Source: Candidatus Kapaibacterium sp. (GTDB lineage Bacteria > Bacteroidota > Ignavibacteria > Kapaibacteriales > UBA2268). From it: a stretch of DNA of 64,000 nt. Each line of letters starts with the position of its first letter. Position 1 is the first letter of the stretch. The notes under the pieces are model-generated. The model searched no databases and was not told the origin of the DNA. It was given only the letters and a program-made list of their open reading frames with translations. This document shows, piece after piece, positions 1 to 8,014 of the stretch. The translations under genes and the position numbers were made by a program. The DNA lies in assembly GCA_963665665.1 (NCBI GenBank), contig OY762428.1, positions 2,464,001 to 2,528,000 on the forward strand, written 5' to 3'.

Positions 1-24
1 TTTTAACAGAATATAGTTTAAATA

Positions 25-50
25 AAAGCCCCGGCATTGTCCGGGGCTTT
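25..50. terminator. Intrinsic terminator-like hairpin
   Basis: aaagccccgg-cattgt-ccggggcttt, 10-bp GC-rich stem with A/T flanks. Confidence 0.65.
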
Positions 51-688
51 GTTATTTGAGATGGAATGATAAATTATTATGACAAAGGCTTCAGTATTAA
101 TTCGACAGGTTAGAAGAGGTTCTCCTGGAAGTTCTCGCCCCTTAATCTTTCGTTAGAAGAAATATACTATACTCGCAAATAGCCACGTGCTTTAGCTTGT
201 GGTTGGGATTCTTATTACATTATCTGGCGAACAAAGATGGATTCTTCGGTCGCTTCGCTCCGTCAGAATGACAACATTACCTGTCCTCCGCTGGCGGGGG
301 TGGACTTCCGGAAAAATTCCCCTCGTTGAGGGGTGGCGAGCGCAGCGAGGCGGGGTGGTTTCTTTTTCCGATTGAAATTATTATAGTTGGCGGGTGTCAT
401 CCTGAGCGAAGCGAAGGATCCATTCTTTATGCATCAGCTACTAAGAAAGATGGATTATTCGGTCGCTTCGCTCCGTCAGAATGACAACATAATACTTCAT
501 TCTGCGGCAATATCCCCCCATTCTTCCACCCCAATGAACAGGCCGCCGGCCTTAATTCCCTATCCTGTGGTTTCAATGAACCGGATAATTTCCTTAATTC
601 AACGCTGTTTTGAACCAGAATCCAAATGTTTGGGCTAATTGCTATGTTGGCAGGACTTTATACTGCCCTGGCCAGAGGTATTGAACTA

Positions 689-979
689 CTGTTTGGCCTT
701 AATGTAGTGAAATTTGGCCTTATTGAGGACTTGTTTGGCCTTACTGAGGACTTGTTTGACCTTATTGAGGTCTTGTTTGACCTTGCTGACAGCGTGTTTG
801 GCCTTACTGACAGCGTGTTTGACCTTGCTGACAGCGTGTTTGGCCTTACTGACAGCGTGTTTGACCTTATTGACAGCTTGGTTGACCTTACTGACAGCTT
901 GGTTGACCTTACTGACAGCCTGGTTGACCTTACTGACAGCCTGGTTGACCTTACTGACAGCTTGGTTGACCTTACTGAT
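689..979 (+). repeat. 21-bp tandem array L (copy A), ~14 units, e.g. ttggttgaccttactgacagc
   Basis: Units read directly; three more degenerate units in the same register at 626-688. Confidence 0.95.
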
Positions 980-980
980 T

Positions 981-1295
981 ATAATCAATGCCTTCAACCA
1001 AGGCGTCAATGCCTTCAACCAAGGCGTCAATGACTCCGACCAAGGCGTCAATGCCTTCAACCAAGGCGTCAATGACTCCGACCAAGGCATCAATAACTCC
1101 GACCAAGGCATCAATAACTCCGACCAAGGCATCAATAACTCCGACCAAGGCATCAATGCCTTCGACCAAGGCATCAATGACTCCGACCAAGGCATCAATG
1201 ACTCCGACCAAGGCATCAATGCCTCCGACCAAGGCATCAATGACTCCGACCAAGGCATCAATGCCTCCGACCAAGGCATCAATAACTTCGACCAA
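981..1295 (-). repeat. 21-bp tandem array R (copy A), ~15 units, minus-strand unit ttggtcggagtcattgatgcc
   Basis: ccgaccaaggcatcaatgact repeated on the + strand; its reverse complement matches the array L unit at about 12 of 21 positions. Confidence 0.95.
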
Positions 1296-2086
1296 GAGTT
1301 CATTATCATCAAACATCGGTGCATTGCTTCTGACCCCTCCCAAACCCTCCCCGAATGAGAGGGCTTTGAAGGAAAATAAGGAGGCAATGGGTTCGACCAA
1401 GGCGTAAATAGAATCAAAAATTGGTTCAATAGGTGCAAACAAGACCTCAATACCTCTGACCCCTCCCAAACACACGCGGTGTGGAACCCTCGCAAGGGGC
1501 CGTGCCTCCCCGAAGGGGAGGGCTTTGAAGAAGAATAAAGCAGCAATAGGTTAAAACTTTGGTTCTTTGCTTCTGACCCTTCCTACCTCACCCCGGTCGC
1601 ATCCTTCGGAAGGAGGGAAAAAGCTCCGTAGGAGCGACACAATCTTCTGACTATGTCGCCCCTACGGGGCTGTTGTTCATCCCGGGATCGATTTTCTACA
1701 AAAATGTCGCGGCTACGCCGCTTTCGATTTTGTCAGAGATTGGGAAATGGAATTCCTGTTTGCTGAGAGGATTCCACCCACAGTACCCTCAGGCAATCGG
1801 GATGGATTCCCAAATAATTTCCCTCTCGAGGGGTGGCGAGCGTAGCGAGGTGGGTTCTTCATACCTTATCTGCCAGAAAATATGGATCCTTCATTCGCTT
1901 CGCTCAATCATAAGAACGGTTTTCTAACTTTTGAGAAAATCCCATCTTTTTATTCACCAAAATTTCTTAGTATCCCCCCAATTCTTTGATTAATAAAGCA
2001 AAAATTCATAAATTATAGCATTAGTAAAGGCATGTTGTTATTCCAAAGAATTGCACATGTCAGTAAGAAATTTTAGGGGAAATGCA

Positions 2087-4300
2087 ATGAAATTCATTTC
2101 AACAATTCTATTTGTAATAATCTTTTTATTATCATTTCATTCCACATTCGCCTTTTCCGGTAATGGCAGCGGAACGGAAGAAGACCCTTACGAAATTACC
2201 AACGTGGAACAGCTACAGGAAATGCAGGACGACCTTACAGCCCATTACGAGCTTGTAAAAACAATAGACGCATGGAGAACTAAAGAATGGAATAAAGATT
2301 TTAACGGAATCTATTTGGGATTCTCTCCAATAGGTTACTATCCGTCAAAATTCACGGGGGTCTTTAATGGAAACGGATTTGAGATAGTTGACCTATATAT
2401 TAATTTCCCCGAAGAAGGATTCATTGGATTATTTGGATATGCATCGGGAGCAACTATTTCTGATGTCAGACTCAGAAATTGCAGCATAAATGGTTCTTAT
2501 TATGTGGGAGGAATATCAGGAGCAAATGAAAACTGTATAATAAATAATTCTCAAACATCCGGAACAATAACTCCATCTAATGGGTATGCTGGTGGACTGG
2601 TTGGGTATAATTATAATAGCGAAATTAATGATTCACATTTTTCCGGTGTTGTTTCAGGTACGGAGACAAATATTGGTGGACTGGTTGGGTACAATTTTGG
2701 CAGCAAAATTAATGATTCCCATTCTTCCGGCGTTGTTTCAGGAACGAAGGCAAATATCGGTGGACTGGTTGGGTTTAACAATGAAAATGGCCAAATAAAA
2801 AACTCCTTTTCTAATTGTGTAGTAAGCGGGTATGAAAATGTTGGTGGGCTGGTTGGATTAAGTGCTATAAATTGTAAAATTAGTGATTCTTATGCAACAG
2901 GTGATGTTGCCGGTATCTTCTACGATGTTGGCGGATTAGTTGGATATAATGCCGATTGTTCAACTGTTGAAAATTCTTATGCAACAGGAAATGTTAATGG
3001 AAAATCCAATGTTGGAGGTTTAATTGGAAGAAACACTGACCATGGCTTTATAAGTTATTGCTACTCGACCGGTGATATTCTGGGGGACGACAGTTATGTT
3101 GGCGGATTAGTAGGGAATAACAAAATATATAGCTTGATTGAATATTCTTATTCCACTTCAAATGTTTCCGCAAAAAATCAAATTGTTGGTGGGCTGGTTG
3201 GATTAATGGAGCTCTTTTGTGAAATCTGGGATTCACATTCCTCCGGTGAAGTTAATGGATATAAGGATATCGGAGGGCTGGTTGGTGAATGTAACTTCGA
3301 TTGTATAATTGGAAATTCATATTCTAATTGTTCTGTTAGTGGAAGTTATAATTATATTGGTGGGTTGGTCGGTTCGCTCCTTTCAAATTGCACAGTTAGT
3401 AATTCTTATTCAACCGGCCAGGTAAAGGGAAAGGACTGGGTTGGTGGTTTAATAGGTTTCAATGGCTACGACATAGAAATCACCAAATGTTATTCAAAAG
3501 GCAATGTATCCGGCAATGACAAAGTAGGTGGATTTATTGGTGGTAACTACGATAGAAGTACTATTAGCAGCTCTATTGCGTTAGGTAATGTGGAAGGGAA
3601 CCAATTAGTTGGAGGGTTTATTGGTGATAACAGGGTTCAAAGCGATATCAAAAATTCATTTGCTCGAGGTAATGTATCCGGATATGATGATTTTATAGGT
3701 GGATTTATTGGCCAAAATGATAGTTCAATTGTAAGAAACTCTTATTATGCAGGAGAAGTTTCGGGCAACAGAGACAATATTGGAGGTTTTGTCGGTATTA
3801 ATATCAGGAGCGGTTCGACTGTAAACTCCTTCTGGGATATTGAATCCAGCGGAATTGACAACTCAGCTGCCGGCATCGGAAAAACAACCGCAGAAATGAA
3901 AACAAAGTCAACATTTACCGATGCGTATTGGGATTTTGATTCAATATGGAGTATTGACGGCGTTACTAATGACGGATACCCCTTCCTTCAGGGAATTGAT
4001 TATACTACCGGGATTGAAGAGAATATCCAAAAAGAAGAAATGTCAATGAATATCAAAGCATGGCCCAACCCATTTAGCGAGAAATTATTTATCAGCCTAA
4101 ATTCCGAATATAGCAGCAATACCAGTATAGACTTGTTTGATATTTTCGGGAACAAAATCATGAATATTTACACGGGAATTATCACTCCGGATCATAAGGA
4201 ATTTGAGATAATTTCAAATAATCTTCCCGCCGGTGTTTATATTATCAGATTAAGAAATGATAAAATTCAGAAATCAATCAAGCTGATACATAGCAGATAG
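2087..4300 (+). CDS. Secreted GLUG-motif repeat protein with C-terminal T9SS (Por) sorting domain
   Basis: Signal peptide MKFISTILF..., GSGTEEDPYEI N-cap, many VGGLVG repeats, C-terminal WPNPF...LPAGVYIIRL; ATG at 2087 preferred over the TTG at 2051. Confidence 0.85.
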   Translation: MKFISTILFVIIFLLSFHSTFAFSGNGSGTEEDPYEITNVEQLQEMQDDLTAHYELVKTIDAWRTKEWNKDFNGIYLGFSPIGYYPSKFTGVFNGNGFEIVDLYINFPEEGFIGLFGYASGATISDVRLRNCSINGSYYVGGISGANENCIINNSQTSGTITPSNGYAGGLVGYNYNSEINDSHFSGVVSGTETNIGGLVGYNFGSKINDSHSSGVVSGTKANIGGLVGFNNENGQIKNSFSNCVVSGYENVGGLVGLSAINCKISDSYATGDVAGIFYDVGGLVGYNADCSTVENSYATGNVNGKSNVGGLIGRNTDHGFISYCYSTGDILGDDSYVGGLVGNNKIYSLIEYSYSTSNVSAKNQIVGGLVGLMELFCEIWDSHSSGEVNGYKDIGGLVGECNFDCIIGNSYSNCSVSGSYNYIGGLVGSLLSNCTVSNSYSTGQVKGKDWVGGLIGFNGYDIEITKCYSKGNVSGNDKVGGFIGGNYDRSTISSSIALGNVEGNQLVGGFIGDNRVQSDIKNSFARGNVSGYDDFIGGFIGQNDSSIVRNSYYAGEVSGNRDNIGGFVGINIRSGSTVNSFWDIESSGIDNSAAGIGKTTAEMKTKSTFTDAYWDFDSIWSIDGVTNDGYPFLQGIDYTTGIEENIQKEEMSMNIKAWPNPFSEKLFISLNSEYSSNTSIDLFDIFGNKIMNIYTGIITPDHKEFEIISNNLPAGVYIIRLRNDKIQKSIKLIHSR

Positions 4301-4312
4301 TATTTGCATTAT

Positions 4313-4341
4313 TCATCCGATGACTTAAAGTCATCGGATGA
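4313..4341. repeat. Perfect hairpin (REP-like/terminator)
   Basis: tcatccgatgactt-a-aagtcatcggatga, 14-bp arms. Confidence 0.75.
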
Positions 4342-4354
4342 GTTACAAATTACG

Positions 4355-4600
4355 GGCGGGGGTGGATTTCCGGAAAATTCCCCTCGTTAAGGGGTGGCGA
4401 GCGCAGCGAGACGGGATGGATTCTTTTTCCGATTGAAGTTATTATAGTTGCCGGAAGGTCATTCTGAGCGCCAGCGAAGAATCCATTCTTCATACATTAT
4501 CTGCGATCAAAGATGGATTCTTCTGTCGCTTCGCTCCGTCAGAATGACAACATTACCTGTCCCCCGCTGGCACCGACGAGTCGGGGAAGGGCGGGGGTGG
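4355..4600 (+). repeat. REP mosaic sharing blocks with 215-490
   Basis: ggcgggggtgga..ccggaaaattcccctcgtt.aggggtggcgagcgcagcgag and aaagatggattcttc.gtcgcttcgctccgtcagaatgacaacattacctgtcc occur at both places. Confidence 0.8.
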
Positions 4601-4644
4601 TTCCCTTTATTTGCTTCTAAACATCTGTGCTTTGCCACTTTTAT

Positions 4645-4687
4645 AATAAAAAAAACCTTCCGAAAGTTTCAAATCTTCGGAAGGTTT
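4645..4687 (-). terminator. Terminator of the fibre/IPTL operon
   Basis: aaaccttccgaa / ttcggaaggttt stem followed on the minus strand by a T run, 20 bp after the stop at 4707. Confidence 0.65.
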
Positions 4688-4706
4688 AACATTAAGCGGA
4701 TTATCT

Positions 4707-5702
4707 TTATATAATAAATTGTTTCCTGATAAAGAAAATGCTAAATACTATAAGCAAGCCTCCCAAGGCTATAGCCGCCCATTCGGTCAGGGTGGGGATA
4801 GCGAAGTTCGGATTAGGCCCGAACAGGGAGAACTGTGTAACTCCCGTAACGGAACTTACATAAAAATTGCTGTTGCCGTCCCAGTTATCAACTGTCGGGG
4901 CGCCGTTGCCGGTCAGGTTGTTCCACCTTGTGCCATGCTTGGAAAGTATATAGCAAACTGTCATCGGGTCTGGCATATCCGGCCCTATGTTAGCCTTAGC
5001 ATAAACAAAGTCAATATCTGCCGGGTCGCTGCCGCCCACCTGCTGAATATCCCACATACAGCGGGAATAAAAGCCGCTGACAAATGGCTGATCAGATTCC
5101 TGGACAAGGCCAACGGAAAAAGTATTGCTTGCCGGGGCGGTGATAACCACCGGACAAAGGCCAAGTTCAGGCGTTCCCACGGTAAAAGTCTGGCTGCTGG
5201 CAGTTGGCATTATCAGGTATCCGTCCTGCGAAAGATCGATATAGCAGCCTCCGGAACATACAATATGCCCGTCTATATAAATATTGCAGCCATTGGGAAC
5301 AAGCTTCTTGCCGTCTGACAGTGTCAGGTCAGTGCCAAAATAGAAATTCCCTTCAAGCACAACCCTCCCGTTTTCAGCTACTCCGTTCAGAGCATCCTGA
5401 ATTCCGCTGAAAGCTGTATAATTCCATGTATGGCCGTCATTGCCTGCACCAGAGGTATAAGTGCTGGATACCCAGACCGTTGCAGGCGCAGGGCTTGGTG
5501 TGGCCCGGTAGAAGAATCCTACCTGGTTTGTATAATTTCCACCCGTAACAACTGATGCAGTCGGCTGGCCGAACGCTCCCCAGTTAGTATAGGTGGTATT
5601 CGTTGCTTTTGCCCCGCCTGCCGGAACATGCTCGCATTCCGTGGTTTGGGAATAAATACTGGCGGAGTAAAAAAGCATGATTATCGCTAAAAAATATTTC
5701 AT
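4707..5702 (-). CDS. Secreted protein with C-terminal IPTL-CTERM sorting signal
   Basis: Signal peptide MKYFLAIIMLFYSASIYSQ; C-terminus IPTLTEWAAIALGGLLIVFSIFFIRKQ (IPTL motif, TM helix, basic residues); ATG 1 nt after the upstream TAA. Confidence 0.8.
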   Translation of the reverse strand: MKYFLAIIMLFYSASIYSQTTECEHVPAGGAKATNTTYTNWGAFGQPTASVVTGGNYTNQVGFFYRATPSPAPATVWVSSTYTSGAGNDGHTWNYTAFSGIQDALNGVAENGRVVLEGNFYFGTDLTLSDGKKLVPNGCNIYIDGHIVCSGGCYIDLSQDGYLIMPTASSQTFTVGTPELGLCPVVITAPASNTFSVGLVQESDQPFVSGFYSRCMWDIQQVGGSDPADIDFVYAKANIGPDMPDPMTVCYILSKHGTRWNNLTGNGAPTVDNWDGNSNFYVSSVTGVTQFSLFGPNPNFAIPTLTEWAAIALGGLLIVFSIFFIRKQFII

Positions 5703-5703
5703 T

Positions 5704-7911
5704 TTATTGATCCTCATTTATCAATATATTTAATTTACGATTTAATTCTTCAATTTTATCATTTTGTTTACGGATATTTTCGTTCATTTCATTTTTCAGT
5801 TTTTCATTTTCCTGCTTCATTTTCTCATTTTCTTCCTTCAACTGCATAATATAAATAGCCTGTGTTTCCACAGTTTCCCAAATCTGGTTTGTAAGGATGC
5901 CAAGGGGCAGTTTGCCGTATTTTTCCCATTCCTCGCGGCCTGTAATTGTGGGCAGGTGGCGGTTCTCGCGGGTAAAGTCTATCATCTCCTGAAGCGAGAG
6001 CATACGGTAGTCCGCGTGTTTCTCCATGTCGCATTCAAGTACCCTGCCGCCAAAGTACCAGTCGAAAACGTAGTCTGTAAGCAGTACGTTATCATCATAA
6101 ACTGCTTCGGCGTTTATTGTGCCATCGCCCTGGTTACCTCCGGTAGGGTCGCCGACAGTCAAACCACCATTTATTTTCGTATTATTTTCTACACTAAGGT
6201 CTCCCTGTACCAGAGTATTTCCTGCGTTGAGCCCCCCCCGCACGTGCAGGTCATTTCCAATTTTCACGTTGTCTGCTATATCCATATCTCCGGCTCCAAT
6301 GCTACCTGCATTAATTGCAGGTGTCTCGACGTGATTGATTTCGTAGGCACATAAGCGGTTATTATTAAGTGAAGCAACAAAAACAAAATTTCTACTTACA
6401 AAAACTGAATTAGGGGAATTAAGATTAGCGTTGGTATATCCCTTTGCCACGATATTATCGGGATTGTGAATATTGAATACGGATAAGTGATTGTTATTGG
6501 TAGATACCACATACGCATAGCTGCCACTCACATAGACAGACTTTGGACCACTAATATTAGTACTAATATAATTCTTGGCAGTAATATTATCCGGGTCACT
6601 TATGTCATAGGTACATAACCGATTATTATCAAATGAAATCACATAAGCATAGTTGCCACTCACATAGACGGAGATAGGCCTATCAAGATTCGTACCTATA
6701 TAATCCTTTGCAACAATATTATCCGGATCGCTTATATCGTATATACACAATCTATCATTACATACGCTTGTTACATACGCATAGCCACCGCTCACATAGA
6801 CAGATTTAGGACAACTAAGATTAGTACTAATATAATCCTTTGCAACAATATTATCCGGATCGCTTATATCGTATATACACAATCTACCATTACATTCGCT
6901 TATTACATACGCATAGCCACCGCTCACATAGACAGAACTTGGACAACTAATATTAGTACTAATATAATCCTTTGGAGTAATATTATCCGGATTACTTATG
7001 TCAAATGCACATAAACGATTATTAGAACTAGATACCACATACGCATAGCTGCCACTCACATAGACGGATTTAGGGTTACTAAGATTAGCACTAGTATAAT
7101 CCTTTGCAGTAACATTATCCGGGTCACTAATATCAAAGATGCAAAAGCGATTGTTATCTCTTGAGACCACATACGCATAGCCACCGCTCACATTGACGGA
7201 GATAGGCCTGTCAAGATTCGTACTGGTATAATCTTTCGGAGTAAGAGGTGCAGAATACATTGCTTCAATATTTATACTAGTAAAACAGGCATCCGCCGGT
7301 GTTGTACCACCAATATTGCCCGGGCTTGCCGGATCAAACGAACTCGCGTCAGCCCATGAAAGCGTTCCACTTCCGTCGGTTGTTAGAACCTGCCCGTTGC
7401 TTCCGTCGGCAGATGGGAATGAATATGCCCCGACTGTAAGGTTTGTAAATTTTCCTGTTCCGGGGGTTGTTGCGCCGATAGCGCCGGGCGCAGCCCATGT
7501 TTTGCCTTCAAGTGCTCCGGAAAAATATGAAAACGGAACGGTTGTTAATCTTGTTCTGGCAAGTGTAGTACCATTAACGCTTACCTCCAGCCATGCCGTA
7601 CCTCCGGCAAAGACTGCGGATGTGAAAGCTTCATCGGTTCCGCTTCCCGTACCGAGAGTTACGGTATAAAGGCCGTAATCCACATCAACTGTTTTTGCCG
7701 CCGCAGCACCTGACGGCCAGAGTTTAGTACCACCTGTTTCGGCGGAATATATGGCAAATGTCATCGGCATGGATGAATTAGTAACGGGATTACCCGAAGC
7801 ATCCAGGAGTTTTCCCTGGTAAGTTATCGTTGTTGTCTGTGCCCAGCCGTTCAGGCTGATAAATAACGCTATTAATGTTAAAATTAGGGGTTTCAAAACA
7901 ATTCCTTTCAT
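5704..7911 (-). CDS. Secreted tail-fibre-like protein with LVIVD repeats and C-terminal chaperone/coiled coil
   Basis: Signal peptide, ITYQGKL N-domain, 44-aa VYVSGxYAYV...FDISDPDN repeats, DYVF...HLP...ETVETQAIYI chaperone-like tail and coiled coil. Confidence 0.75.
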   Translation of the reverse strand: MKGIVLKPLILTLIALFISLNGWAQTTTITYQGKLLDASGNPVTNSSMPMTFAIYSAETGGTKLWPSGAAAAKTVDVDYGLYTVTLGTGSGTDEAFTSAVFAGGTAWLEVSVNGTTLARTRLTTVPFSYFSGALEGKTWAAPGAIGATTPGTGKFTNLTVGAYSFPSADGSNGQVLTTDGSGTLSWADASSFDPASPGNIGGTTPADACFTSINIEAMYSAPLTPKDYTSTNLDRPISVNVSGGYAYVVSRDNNRFCIFDISDPDNVTAKDYTSANLSNPKSVYVSGSYAYVVSSSNNRLCAFDISNPDNITPKDYISTNISCPSSVYVSGGYAYVISECNGRLCIYDISDPDNIVAKDYISTNLSCPKSVYVSGGYAYVTSVCNDRLCIYDISDPDNIVAKDYIGTNLDRPISVYVSGNYAYVISFDNNRLCTYDISDPDNITAKNYISTNISGPKSVYVSGSYAYVVSTNNNHLSVFNIHNPDNIVAKGYTNANLNSPNSVFVSRNFVFVASLNNNRLCAYEINHVETPAINAGSIGAGDMDIADNVKIGNDLHVRGGLNAGNTLVQGDLSVENNTKINGGLTVGDPTGGNQGDGTINAEAVYDDNVLLTDYVFDWYFGGRVLECDMEKHADYRMLSLQEMIDFTRENRHLPTITGREEWEKYGKLPLGILTNQIWETVETQAIYIMQLKEENEKMKQENEKLKNEMNENIRKQNDKIEELNRKLNILINEDQ

Positions 7912-8014
7912 GATTAGTTTGTTTAGGTTTTTAAGTCAATTTCCAATTATTCTGATTTTTTTGAAGAATGGATCCTTCGCTGCGCTCAGGATGACACTTT
8001 TCATTATATTCCTT

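Larger units (their letters stand above)
396..1895 (+). repeat. Composite repeat element copy A (REP pair, leader, 21-bp array L, palindrome, inverted 21-bp array R, REP modules)
   Basis: Colinear homology to the reverse complement of 18715-22207, e.g. identical cattctttatgcatcagctactaagaaagatggatt, gaacaggccgccggccttaattccc and atcccgggatcgattttctacaaaaatgtcgcggctacgccgctttc; boundaries approximate. Confidence 0.85.

Noticed and set aside
689-1295. CRISPR array
   Set aside because: Contiguous tandem units with no unique spacers, and no cas genes in the window.
626-1546. Five overlapping heptad-repeat ORFs over copy A (e.g. 626-1033, 686-1546, 714-1358, 972-1475)
   Set aside because: Open frames arise automatically from stop-free 21-bp units. 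The + frame has TAT in A but TAA at the homologous codon in B, and the opposite frame has an early TAG in A. A coiled-coil peptide (SKVNQAV type) cannot be fully excluded.
2590-2775. 84-bp direct repeat in the GLUG gene
   Set aside because: Explained by a recent in-frame duplication of one GLUG repeat.
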